Shown piece after piece: positions 1 to 9,428 of a stretch of 41,794 bases of DNA. Position 1 is the stretch's first letter. Every line of letters begins with the position of its first letter. The stretch is from an uncultured Ruminococcus sp. (GTDB taxonomy: Bacteria; Bacillota; Clostridia; Oscillospirales; Ruminococcaceae). Position numbers and translations under genes: made by a program. The notes under the pieces are model-generated. The model saw nothing but the letters and a program-made list of their open reading frames with translations. It was not told where the DNA came from and searched no databases. The stretch spans positions 1-41,794 of the forward strand of contig CAYPWI010000001.1 in NCBI GenBank assembly GCA_964414395.1, read 5' to 3'.

Positions 1-2
1 TG

Positions 3-1163
3 ATGATCTCGGGATTTGACAGATATATCCAGCTCGCGCGCTGCTTCCGCGACGAAGACCTCAGAGCGGACAGACAGCCCGAGTTCACGCAGATAGACCT
101 TGAGATGTCTTTCGTCGATGTGGACGATATTCTGGAAATGCTCGAGGGATTCGTTCACAAGCTGTATAAGGATATCCTCAATGTGGAGATAACAACGCCG
201 CTGCCGCGTCTTACTTATGATGAGGCGATGAGAAGATACGGCTCGGATAAGCCCGATACGCGTTTCGGAATGGAGATCACCGATATCTCCGATGTTGTCA
301 AGGACAGCGAGTTCGTCGTATTCAAGAGCGCTCTCGAAAACGGCGGTTCGGTTCGCGGGATAGTCGCCGAGGGCGGCGCTGCCAAGCTCACCCGCAAGGA
401 GATAGACAAGCTGACGGAGTACGTCAAGGGCATAGGCGCAAAGGGTCTGGCTTATGTGCGCTGGGTGGACGACGCGCCGAACTGCTCGTTCGCGAAGTTT
501 ATGAAAGAGGGCGAGCTTGAGGCGATCTTGAAGGCGCTCGGCTGCAAGAAGGGCGATGTGGCGCTTATCGTCGCGGACAAGGATAAGGTAACGCTGCCGA
601 CGCTGGGCGCGCTGCGTCTTAAGGTCGGAAAGCAGCTCGACATTATCCCCAAGGGCTGGAACTTCCTGTGGATAACGGAGTTCCCGTTTTTCGAGTATGA
701 CGAGGAGAACGGCGAGTGGGTAGCGATGCACCACCCGTTCACCATGCCGCTTGACGAGCATATACAGTATCTGGATACGGACAAATCGAAGGTTCGCGCG
801 AAGTGCTATGATCTGGTGCTGAACGGCACGGAGCTGCTGTCGGGTTCGATACGCATCAATGACCCGGAATTGCAGCAGCATATGTTCGAGATGCTGGGCA
901 TGACGGACGAGGAAATTCAAGCGAAGTTCGGATTTCTCGTGGACGCGTACAAGTACGCCGCTCCTCCTCACGGCGGTGCGGGCATAGGTCTTGACAGACT
1001 GGCGATGCTGATGTGCGGCTGCGACAGCCTGAGAGATGTAGTGGCGTTCCCGAAGGTGCAGAACGCCTCCGAGCTTATGAGCGAAGCGCCCTCCACAGTC
1101 TCCGAGGAGCAGCTGAAAGAACTCGGCATAGCGGTAGTCAATACGGAGAAGAGTGAAGAATAA
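3..1163 (+). CDS. aspS: Aspartyl-tRNA synthetase (5'-truncated by window edge)
   Basis: Class II motif 2 CFRDEDLRADRQPEFTQID, HHPFT, and motif 3 PPHGGAGIGLDRL; GAD insertion domain present. Confidence 0.98.
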   Translation: MISGFDRYIQLARCFRDEDLRADRQPEFTQIDLEMSFVDVDDILEMLEGFVHKLYKDILNVEITTPLPRLTYDEAMRRYGSDKPDTRFGMEITDISDVVKDSEFVVFKSALENGGSVRGIVAEGGAAKLTRKEIDKLTEYVKGIGAKGLAYVRWVDDAPNCSFAKFMKEGELEAILKALGCKKGDVALIVADKDKVTLPTLGALRLKVGKQLDIIPKGWNFLWITEFPFFEYDEENGEWVAMHHPFTMPLDEHIQYLDTDKSKVRAKCYDLVLNGTELLSGSIRINDPELQQHMFEMLGMTDEEIQAKFGFLVDAYKYAAPPHGGAGIGLDRLAMLMCGCDSLRDVVAFPKVQNASELMSEAPSTVSEEQLKELGIAVVNTEKSEE

Positions 1164-1248
1164 AGAAAAACATAGCGGGGACCGATGAAATTTCAAAACG
1201 AGTAAGCGTTTGGGGTTTGAGAATTGCGTTTGAGATAGGGGGATCTTA

Positions 1249-1713
1249 ATGGACAAGAAGGAATACCGCGACACCTGCGACTTGGCGGCTAACGGCGACG
1301 CGCGGGCGTTCTCAAAGCTGTATTCGCTGCTGTATCGCGATATGTACTATACGGCGTGCTACTCTCTGGCGAACGACGCGGACGCTGTCGAGGCAGTGCA
1401 GGGTACGGCGAAGGACGGCTTTAAGGCGATAGGGCATCTGAAAAACGAAGAAGCGTTTCGTATGTTTATGATGAAGACGCTCTGTGCGCGGATAAAGATG
1501 TTCTTCAAGGAATATAAGAACGCGCCGCCCAAGCAGTTTATGTCGGAGATAAACGAGCGGCTGTTTGAGATGGAGCACGCGGACAGACTGTGCGCGGCGA
1601 TGTACATCGCGGGGCGGTTCACGATAGACGAGATCTCGCAGTATTCGGGAATGTCAAAGGGTACGGTGAGGAAGCGCCTTATCAGAGCCTTGGACTATCT
1701 GGAACTCGATTAA
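1249..1713 (+). CDS. ECF-type sigma-70 factor (short, divergent)
   Basis: GDARAFSKLY start, region-2-like DAVEAVQ...F, region-4 HTH FTIDEISQYSGMSKGTVRKRLIRA; GGGG SD upstream. Confidence 0.8.
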   Translation: MDKKEYRDTCDLAANGDARAFSKLYSLLYRDMYYTACYSLANDADAVEAVQGTAKDGFKAIGHLKNEEAFRMFMMKTLCARIKMFFKEYKNAPPKQFMSEINERLFEMEHADRLCAAMYIAGRFTIDEISQYSGMSKGTVRKRLIRALDYLELD

Positions 1714-1749
1714 ACAATAATTTCAGCATTATAATGGGGTGAATATATC

Positions 1750-4700
1750 ATGACAATTGGGGATATGCGCAGATTTATGCTTAAGAAGGTGGTGCCCGAG
1801 GTTCTGGTGCCGCAGAATATCGTTGATTTTCTGATCGACGAGAATTCGCCGCCGCCCGAGCCCGACGCGTTTACGTTTCTGACGCGTCTGAGGGGGCTTG
1901 GAATAGGCAGCGCGGATTTTCTGTATCTTCTGGAGGGCTGCGGCGCGCCCGAGCAGGCTGTCAGCAAGATAAAGGCGCACCCCGCGATGAACTTGCAGGG
2001 GCTTATAGTTACGCTCGAGGAATCGGGCATGACCTCTAAGGATTATACGAGGATACTCTACACCGCGCGGCAGATCTGGGAGCGCACGCTGACGCTGCGT
2101 CTCGAGACCTCCGAGCAGCTTTCGGAGGAAGACGGCGCGGATATGAACGCCGATACCGTAGAGGTAGCCGCGCCCGCCGCGGAAAATAACGGCGGCGCGT
2201 CCGACGATGAAGACCTCACGCGTGTATCTCTGCCGCATAAGAAGGAGCAGTCTCCTTATCCCGACGCTACTGAGGAGCTTATGTCGGTGGATTTCGGTTC
2301 CGATCCCGATCTTGAAGAAGAACCCGATCGGACAGGCGGGGAGACCTCGGTATCGGAGGAAGCCCCCGAGTATCCCGAAGCGGACGAGGCTGTTTCCGAA
2401 AACGAAAAGCCGCGTCCCGATAACGGCGCGGGCGCTGTCGGGATAGGCATAGGCGGAGCGGCGGATCTGTTCGGCGGCAGCGCGTCCGACGGTGAGCTCG
2501 GCTATTCGCGGCAGTTCACCGAAAGCTTCGTGAACGATTATATGATCGACTTCGCGGAGGACGACTTGGGCGACGCTCCCGAAGAAGATCATTACGATGA
2601 CTTCGGGACGTTCTACGGCGAGGTCGAGCAGTCCGAGGACAATATCCCCGCTGTCGGCTCGTCACGTGAGGACGCTCCCGCGGCGGAGGAGGTCTCCGAG
2701 AAAAGTGACGCGTCCGCGGGCATACCCGACGCGCGCGAGCCTTTTGAGGTGCACATAGCGTCTTATGATATCCCCGATATCCCCGACGAATTTGACGCGG
2801 CGCGTTCCGAAAACGCGGACGAAGCGGAGAATTCCGAGGCGGCTTCCGATAAACAGGACGACGGCGTTGAATTCGTGGAGGCGGAGGAGCTGTCCGAGCT
2901 TCCTAAGAAGAACACCGCTCCATTTGAAGTGGTAATAGATTACGGCGACGAGGAACAGCCCGCCGTTCCCGCGCCTTCTCCCGCCCCCGCGGAGAATGGC
3001 GGTTATAACGGAGAGACCACAAGGCTCATTCCGATAAACCGAGAAGCGGTAGAGCGCAGTATGTCCGAGTTGGCGGGAAAGATGCCCGCGTCGGCGGGAT
3101 CGGATAATTCCGAGGAGAGCGCGGAGAACGTCAAGACCGCCGTTCAGAAGCCCGCCGTAAAGACAGCGAAGCAGAGACCCGCTCCCGAAGCTTTTGACGA
3201 AAACGAGGATGAGGTCGAAGAGGAACGCTCGGGCAAGCTTTCCGACATCTCCAAGAATTTCGGGCGGAGCGATATCTCAAGCGATAATTATGTTGAAGAC
3301 GAAGAGCGCAAGCCTTCGGGCGTTAAGAAGGGCATCATCATCGCGGCGGGTATCGGCGCGGCGGCGCTGGTGGGCGCGAATTTCGCGGTATCCCATTTCA
3401 TCGGCGGGAACGACAGATCTATACGTTATGCCAAGAGCGCGGAGGAGGTCTTCGCCGATATCTACTATTCTTATAATGATGAGAACGACAGGGTGATGGG
3501 CGGAGAGGCGATGTTCGACTACGCGGACGGCTATACCGAGGCGTTCGGGGATATGCTGATCTGCGGTACGGGTCTCGGCACGGTTACGGCGGGGAACAAC
3601 GTCTACAGCGTCTCGGAGAACAAGATCACCGCGTCGGTGTTCAGCGGCGGCGAGCTTGATACTTTAGGACAGTTCGAGCCCGCGGACGGTACTAAGTTCG
3701 TGGCGGCGTTCGGCTCGGGAGACTCGCTGATAGCGGTGTACAACGGCAGCGGCGCGAACAGGAGCGGCGACTGCGGTTATCTTCGCATAAAGGGCGAGAG
3801 CGTGGTATATACCGTCCGCCAGAGCGGAAAGCTCACCGACGTAAAGCTCGAGGGCAATGAGATCAAGCTGGGCTCGGTATATACTCCCGTGTTTACCGAG
3901 AGCTTCAACGCCGAGAGAACGGATATATATCTTCCCAAGGTCGGCGTGTCCGACGGTTTGACGGCGATCCCTGCGGAGAGCGTCGTCCTCAGCAGGACCA
4001 AGGGCTATACCTACGCGATAAGCGGCGGGTATTCCGTAGAAGACGGCGCGGTGACGGTAGTCAAGGCGGCGCTCGGAGATCCCGTCTACGCCGACGCGGA
4101 GGGCACGTTCTTCCTCAACGGTAAGGAAGAGAAGGGCGGCGGGGAATACGGTCTGATCGTCTCCGCCGATAATTCCGATGAGGAAGCAAAGTCCGTGAAA
4201 TGCGGGAAGATCGGCTGCGCGGCGGCGTTCGAGGGCGGCAGCGCGGTCTACGAGCGGGGCGAAGAGGGCGGCGAGACCGTTCTGCGCGATAAGGAGCTCA
4301 ATATCTGCTCTTCCAAGATGAGATCGGCGGATATCCCCGATCGGTTTGCGTTCTCGGGGAGCACGCTTATCGCGTTCAGCGGCGACAGCGTTTCGTTCGC
4401 GGCGGACTGCTCGGACATAAACGCCGTGAAGCTGAATAACCTGAGACTTGTAAACGGCAATACAGACGGAAAGTCGGCAGTTACGCTCGAGCCCGACGAA
4501 AAGGGCATCAAGCTCACCAGATATGTTCTCGAGAACGGCGAGGTGAAGCCCGCGGGAACGTTTACACGCGAGCTTTCCGCCGATCAGCGGAACACGCTTG
4601 CCTGTGGCGACAAGAACGCCATGGTGATAGGCTCCGATCGCGTGGGCGCGGCATACAGCTACTTCGACGGCGTTTCCGTCATCTCGGAATATGTGACGCT

Positions 4701-4866
4701 GGGCACGGAGAACGAGGCGGTGACGCTCTACGACGACAAGACGGGCTTTGAGTACGCGTTCGAAATGGACGGCAAGCTCCGCGCGGTCTGCTCCAAGGGC
4801 GCTGTAGACGTTACTTCGACGGGCAGCAGCCCCGACGGCAGCGAACGTTGGATGAGCACGCCGTGA
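1750..4866 (+). CDS. Large membrane-anchored protein: helical N-domain, ~400-aa acidic linker, single TM, beta-rich (probably beta-propeller) C-terminal domain
   Basis: 1038-aa ORF with GGGGTG SD; D/E/P-rich middle; hydrophobic GIIIAAGIGAAALVGANFAV after KK; short beta-strand patterning afterwards. Confidence 0.75.
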   Translation: MTIGDMRRFMLKKVVPEVLVPQNIVDFLIDENSPPPEPDAFTFLTRLRGLGIGSADFLYLLEGCGAPEQAVSKIKAHPAMNLQGLIVTLEESGMTSKDYTRILYTARQIWERTLTLRLETSEQLSEEDGADMNADTVEVAAPAAENNGGASDDEDLTRVSLPHKKEQSPYPDATEELMSVDFGSDPDLEEEPDRTGGETSVSEEAPEYPEADEAVSENEKPRPDNGAGAVGIGIGGAADLFGGSASDGELGYSRQFTESFVNDYMIDFAEDDLGDAPEEDHYDDFGTFYGEVEQSEDNIPAVGSSREDAPAAEEVSEKSDASAGIPDAREPFEVHIASYDIPDIPDEFDAARSENADEAENSEAASDKQDDGVEFVEAEELSELPKKNTAPFEVVIDYGDEEQPAVPAPSPAPAENGGYNGETTRLIPINREAVERSMSELAGKMPASAGSDNSEESAENVKTAVQKPAVKTAKQRPAPEAFDENEDEVEEERSGKLSDISKNFGRSDISSDNYVEDEERKPSGVKKGIIIAAGIGAAALVGANFAVSHFIGGNDRSIRYAKSAEEVFADIYYSYNDENDRVMGGEAMFDYADGYTEAFGDMLICGTGLGTVTAGNNVYSVSENKITASVFSGGELDTLGQFEPADGTKFVAAFGSGDSLIAVYNGSGANRSGDCGYLRIKGESVVYTVRQSGKLTDVKLEGNEIKLGSVYTPVFTESFNAERTDIYLPKVGVSDGLTAIPAESVVLSRTKGYTYAISGGYSVEDGAVTVVKAALGDPVYADAEGTFFLNGKEEKGGGEYGLIVSADNSDEEAKSVKCGKIGCAAAFEGGSAVYERGEEGGETVLRDKELNICSSKMRSADIPDRFAFSGSTLIAFSGDSVSFAADCSDINAVKLNNLRLVNGNTDGKSAVTLEPDEKGIKLTRYVLENGEVKPAGTFTRELSADQRNTLACGDKNAMVIGSDRVGAAYSYFDGVSVISEYVTLGTENEAVTLYDDKTGFEYAFEMDGKLRAVCSKGAVDVTSTGSSPDGSERWMSTP

Positions 4867-4898
4867 TAAGCGCCCAAAAGGTTTAGTTCAAAAAGCTC

Positions 4899-4927
4899 TT
4901 GACATAACGCGTGATTTGCGTTATAAT
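4899..4927 (+). promoter_or_regulatory. Consensus sigma-A promoter with overlapping inverted repeat
   Basis: TTGACA-17nt-TATAAT; ATAACGC-N7-GCGTTAT palindrome at 4904-4924. Confidence 0.85.
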
Positions 4928-4965
4928 ATTAAAGGCGGTATCGCGTCCGTAACAGGTGTATTATA

Positions 4966-5073
4966 ATGAATGACAAGAAACGCGCAAAAATAATGAAGGT
5001 TTGCAGGATAGTCGCCTTGGTGTTGGCGGTGCTGATGATAATCGGCGTTTTCGTGCAGGGTCTTATATATTAA
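4966..5073 (+). CDS. 35-aa small membrane protein (resembles DUF4044-type peptides); not in ORF track
   Basis: Manual translation MNDKKRAKIMKVCRIVALVLAVLMIIGVFVQGLIY*; AGGTG SD; directly after consensus promoter; basic N-terminus plus one TM. Confidence 0.8.
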   Translation: MNDKKRAKIMKVCRIVALVLAVLMIIGVFVQGLIY

Positions 5074-5105
5074 AGGTATAAGGGGAATTTTCCGAAAGGG
5101 ATCGT

Positions 5106-5912
5106 ATGGGTCTGTTTTACAAAAATGAGGTCGCGGGAAGAGGCGTGGCGAAGAACACTTGGCAGCAGAACACGTTTTCGCGCTATTGGAAGCTGCTGTT
5201 CCGAAAGTTCGGGACGGTGTTCAAGATAAATATCGTGTACTTTCTGTTTTGCCTGCCCGTGGTGACCTTCGGACCCGCGACGGCGGCGATGACCGGTATG
5301 ATGAGGAATATCTATCTGGAGCGCCCGCAGTTTATCTTCCACGACTTTTGGAAAATGTTCAAGGAGAACTTCAAGAAGTCGGTGTTCATCGGCATATTGA
5401 ATGTTCTGGCGCTCGCGGCGGTCTATTATATCCTGTCGATGATGGCGCAGAACCCCGATATGGAAGGCTCGATGCGAATAATGCTGTATGTCTGCATAGG
5501 CGCGGAAGCGCTGTTCGCGCTGGCGAGCTTCTACATCTATCAGCAGATAGCGGCGGTGGATCTTCCGCTGACGGCGATAGTCAAAAACGCGCTTATTCTG
5601 ATGTGCGCAAATCTAAAAGGTTTGATCGTGCTGGCGCTGCTGGCGGGGTATGTGCTGCTGTCCTGGACGATGCCTATTCCCGTGATGATAATAGCGCCGT
5701 TCTTCCCGTTGGCGTGGCTGGGGTATACGGCGGTGTTCTGCTGCTATCCGACCATTCAGAAGCATCTGATAGAGCCGTATTACGAGCGCAAAGGCGAGAA
5801 AAATCCCGAGATAATAGAGACCGACGAGGATAAGGCGCTATTCGAGGACGGCAACGGCAATGACGAGCCGCTGGAGGATGACAGGAAAAAGGGCAAAAGG
5901 GTAATAAAGTAG
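5106..5912 (+). CDS. YesL/DUF624-family integral membrane protein
   Basis: LPVVTFGPATAAM and FWKMFKENFKKS signatures; multiple TM segments. Confidence 0.85.
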   Translation: MGLFYKNEVAGRGVAKNTWQQNTFSRYWKLLFRKFGTVFKINIVYFLFCLPVVTFGPATAAMTGMMRNIYLERPQFIFHDFWKMFKENFKKSVFIGILNVLALAAVYYILSMMAQNPDMEGSMRIMLYVCIGAEALFALASFYIYQQIAAVDLPLTAIVKNALILMCANLKGLIVLALLAGYVLLSWTMPIPVMIIAPFFPLAWLGYTAVFCCYPTIQKHLIEPYYERKGEKNPEIIETDEDKALFEDGNGNDEPLEDDRKKGKRVIK

Positions 5913-5998
5913 ACCGCGGCAAGGTCTGCATAACAGCTTTTCGGTGTGTCTCACATCAAAAGCATAGAATTACGAACTGAAAAAAGGACTGAATTATT

Positions 5999-7282
5999 AT
6001 GAGCACAAGGGTCATAGTCGGAACGCAATGGGGCGACGAAGGCAAGGGCAAGGTCATTGACATAATGGCGGCTAAGGCGGATTTGGTCATTCGCTCGAGC
6101 GGCGGAAACAACGCGGGTCACACCGTGGTACACGGAGATCAGGTGTATAAGCTGCACCTGCTGCCGTCTGGGATACTCTATCCCGAGACCATTTGCCTTA
6201 TAGGCAGCGGCGTGGTGGTAGATCCCGCGGTATTGCTGGAAGAGATCTCCGAGATGAACAAGCGCGGCGTTACCTGCGACAATCTCCGCATAGACGCGAG
6301 AGCCGACATCATTATGCCGTGGCACAGAGAGCTCGACAAGCTCGAGGAAGAGTTCAAATCGCGTCAGTCGGGCGTAAACGTCGGTACGACGGGGCGCGGC
6401 ATAGGTCCGTGCTACGCCGATAAGGCGAACCGTATCGGCATACGTATGTACGATCTCGTTCATCCGGAGTGCCTTAAAAAGCTCATCAAGAACACGGGCG
6501 AGATCAAGAACCTCACGATCGAGAAGCTCTACGGCGGCAAGGCTATGGATCTTGACGCTGTTTATGAGGAATACAAGGCATACGGCGAGAAGCTCAAAAA
6601 ATATATGGCGGACGGCTCTGTCATCACGTTTGAGGCGCATAAGGCTGGCAAGGAGATCTTGTTCGAGGGCGCGCAGGCGACATTGCTCGATATAGACTTC
6701 GGTACGTACCCGTTTGTAACGTCCTCGCACCCGATAGCGGGCGGCGCGTGCGTCGGAACGGGCGTGGGTCCCAAGATCATCGACGAGGTCATAGGCGTGG
6801 GCAAGAGCTACACGACCCGCGTCGGCAACGGTCCTTTCCCTACCGAGCTTGACAATGAGATCGGCAACACGATCCGCGAGCGCGGCGGCGAATACGGCAC
6901 GACCACGGGCAGACCGCGCAGAACGGGCTGGTTCGACGCGGTGATCATGCGCCACGCGGTGCGCGTCAACGGTCTTACCGCGATCGCCATAAACAAGTTC
7001 GATACCCTTGCGGATATAGGAACTTTAAAGGTTTGCACGGCGTATGAGAAGTCCGACGGCACTATCCTGAAAGACTTCCCCGTGACATTGGAGGAGCTTG
7101 CGGACTGCAAGCCCGTTTACGAGGAGATAGAGGGTTACAGCGGCGATCTGTCGAAGTGCAGAACATTCGATGAGCTGCCCGAGAAGTGCAGAAATTACAT
7201 CGCGCGTCTCGAAGAGCTCTGCGGCTGTCCGATAACGATCCTCGGCGTAGGTCCGGGGCGCGATCAGGTCATTTTCAGATGA
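5999..7282 (+). CDS. purA: Adenylosuccinate synthetase
   Basis: QWGDEGKGK, GGNNAGHT, GTTGRGIGPCY, GEYGTTTGRPRRTGW motifs. Confidence 0.99.
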   Translation: MSTRVIVGTQWGDEGKGKVIDIMAAKADLVIRSSGGNNAGHTVVHGDQVYKLHLLPSGILYPETICLIGSGVVVDPAVLLEEISEMNKRGVTCDNLRIDARADIIMPWHRELDKLEEEFKSRQSGVNVGTTGRGIGPCYADKANRIGIRMYDLVHPECLKKLIKNTGEIKNLTIEKLYGGKAMDLDAVYEEYKAYGEKLKKYMADGSVITFEAHKAGKEILFEGAQATLLDIDFGTYPFVTSSHPIAGGACVGTGVGPKIIDEVIGVGKSYTTRVGNGPFPTELDNEIGNTIRERGGEYGTTTGRPRRTGWFDAVIMRHAVRVNGLTAIAINKFDTLADIGTLKVCTAYEKSDGTILKDFPVTLEELADCKPVYEEIEGYSGDLSKCRTFDELPEKCRNYIARLEELCGCPITILGVGPGRDQVIFR

Positions 7283-8046
7283 TCGCGGTCTTTATAGGAG
7301 ACGTAGTCGGAAACATTGGCTGCGCGGCGCTTGCCAAAGCGCTCCCCGCCATAAAGCGCGAGTACGGCGCGGATATCGCCATAGTAAACGGCGAGAACAG
7401 CGCCGACAAGAACGGGATAAGCTCCGAGTCCGCGGCGGCTATCTACAACGCGGGCGCGGACGTTATCACCACAGGCAACCACGCGTTCAAGCGGCACTCG
7501 GCAAGCGCGGAATTCGAGCGTCGGGAAACGCTGATCCGTCCCGCGAACTTCGGAGACGCGCCGCCGGGACGGGGCGTGTGCGTCCTCGATATGGGAAGAT
7601 ATCCCGTCGCGGTGATAAACCTCATCGGCACGGCGTTTATGACTCCCGTCGACAACCCGTTCAAGTGCGCGGACGAGATATTGAACTCGCTTTCGGCGAA
7701 GATGATAATCGTCGACTTTCACGCGGAGGCTACCAGCGAGAAGCGCGCGATGGGGTGCTACCTCGCGGGGCGCGTCTCGGCGGTGTTCGGGACGCATACG
7801 CACGTTCAGACCGCCGATGAGCGCATCATGAACGGCACGGGCTACATCACGGACGCGGGAATGACGGGTCCCGAGGACTCCATACTCGGAGTGCGCAAGG
7901 AGCTTATCATAGACAAATTCGTGAATTACAGATATACTCAGTATGTCGCGGCGGGCGGCGCGTGCGAGGTCTGCGGCGCGGTCGTTGATATAGATCCCGC
8001 GGACGGAAAATGCCGCAGGATAGAACGGTTCAGAAGGATCGTCTGA
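7279..8046 (+). CDS. ymdB: YmdB-family metallophosphoesterase (2',3'-cNMP phosphodiesterase)
   Basis: FIGDVVG, VNGENSA, TTGNH, DFHAEATSEK, GTHTHVQTAD, GMTGP; ATGA overlap with purA stop sets start at 7279. Confidence 0.95.
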   Translation: MIAVFIGDVVGNIGCAALAKALPAIKREYGADIAIVNGENSADKNGISSESAAAIYNAGADVITTGNHAFKRHSASAEFERRETLIRPANFGDAPPGRGVCVLDMGRYPVAVINLIGTAFMTPVDNPFKCADEILNSLSAKMIIVDFHAEATSEKRAMGCYLAGRVSAVFGTHTHVQTADERIMNGTGYITDAGMTGPEDSILGVRKELIIDKFVNYRYTQYVAAGGACEVCGAVVDIDPADGKCRRIERFRRIV

Positions 8047-8167
8047 ACGGGAGCGTGTTCAAATTACCGCTCAAAATCGGAAATCTGCGGACTGCTTTCG
8101 CGGTTCGCGAAAATACAGATATTACAGATATAGAAAGGTCGGGCGCAAGCCCAAAACGGTGAGTAAA

Positions 8168-8428
8168 ATGGAAGTTGTTAAGGTATCGGCACACTCTGTG
8201 CCCAAGTCGGTAGCCGGAGCGATCGCGGCGGTAGTTCGCGAGAACGGCGAGGTGGAAGTTCAGGCGGTAGGCGCGGGCGCTGCCAATCAGGCGGTGAAGT
8301 CCATAGCCATAGCCAGAAGCTACATGGCGCTGGTGGGCGTTGATCTTATCTGCATACCCGCGTTCACGACCGTAGTTATTGACGGCGAGGAACGCACCGC
8401 GATGAAGTTCATCATAGAGCCGAGGTAA
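8168..8428 (+). CDS. spoVS: Stage V sporulation protein S
   Basis: MEVVKVSAHSVPKSVAGAIA...VQAVGAGAANQAVKSIAIAR; follows ymdB as in Bacillus; alternative GTG start at 8159. Confidence 0.96.
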   Translation: MEVVKVSAHSVPKSVAGAIAAVVRENGEVEVQAVGAGAANQAVKSIAIARSYMALVGVDLICIPAFTTVVIDGEERTAMKFIIEPR

Positions 8429-9345
8429 TGCGGAAGATCCTCGTTATCGGGACGGGCGGGACTATCTCCTGCTCGGAGTCGTCGGACGGACTGCGCCCCG
8501 CGTTTTCCGCCGCGGAGCTTGTGGGGAATATCACTCTTCCCGCGGAAGTTCAAACGGAACAGCTTTTCGAGCTCGACAGCACGAATATGACCTATCGGCA
8601 TTGGATAACGCTCGCGAGGAGAATTCAAGAGCGTTATGACGAGTTCGGCGGGTTTGTAATAACGCACGGCACCGATACCATGGCGTATGCCGCGGCGGCT
8701 TTGTCGTGCCTGATACAGAATTCCCGCAAGCCCATAGTGTTCACGGGGAGTATGCTTCCGATGTCGGCGGAGAATTCCGACGCGCCGCGGAATTTACGTG
8801 ACGCGCTGACTTATGCCGCCGATGAACGCGCTTTCGGCGTTCGCGTGGTGTTCGGCGGGCGCATACTAGACGGGCGGAGCGCTTCCAAAACGGCGACGAA
8901 TTCCATGGAAGCCTTTGAGAGCTTGAACGACCGCACCGATTACAGCGCGGAAAATCCCGCTGTCCGTTTCGGCGGCGAAATGCGCTTCTATGATAAGCTG
9001 TCGGACGAGGTTTTTCTCGCGAAGCTCATACCCGGTCAGGAGCTTGTCGTTCCCGAAAACGCGGGGGCAGTCATACTCGAGGGTTACGGCGCGGGCGGCG
9101 TTCCAGACTATCTGATGAGTGCTGCCGAACGGCTGACGGAGCGGGGAGCGTATGTCATTATCGCGACGCAGTGCGCTCACGGCGGTACCGATCTTCGCCT
9201 GTACGAGGTCGGAAGAACGGCGGCGGAGCGGTTCTCTTTGCTCGAAACGGGCAAGATGACAATAGAATACGCCGTGGCAAGAGCGCGGTGGGCGCTGGCA
9301 TATTCCAACGGCTTCGAGGGATTTAAGAAGCTGTTTTGCGGCTAA
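8428..9345 (+). CDS. ansA: Type I (cytoplasmic) L-asparaginase
   Basis: IGTGGTI and VITHGTDTMAY catalytic motifs, KPIVFTGS; TAATG coupling to spoVS. Confidence 0.92.
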   Translation: MRKILVIGTGGTISCSESSDGLRPAFSAAELVGNITLPAEVQTEQLFELDSTNMTYRHWITLARRIQERYDEFGGFVITHGTDTMAYAAAALSCLIQNSRKPIVFTGSMLPMSAENSDAPRNLRDALTYAADERAFGVRVVFGGRILDGRSASKTATNSMEAFESLNDRTDYSAENPAVRFGGEMRFYDKLSDEVFLAKLIPGQELVVPENAGAVILEGYGAGGVPDYLMSAAERLTERGAYVIIATQCAHGGTDLRLYEVGRTAAERFSLLETGKMTIEYAVARARWALAYSNGFEGFKKLFCG

Positions 9346-9428
9346 GATCTTTTTAAAGGCAATATTTTATAGTACTACTGACTTTGGCAAGATGTAGAAC
9401 TACTATTTCCAACGAAGGGAGCAACACT

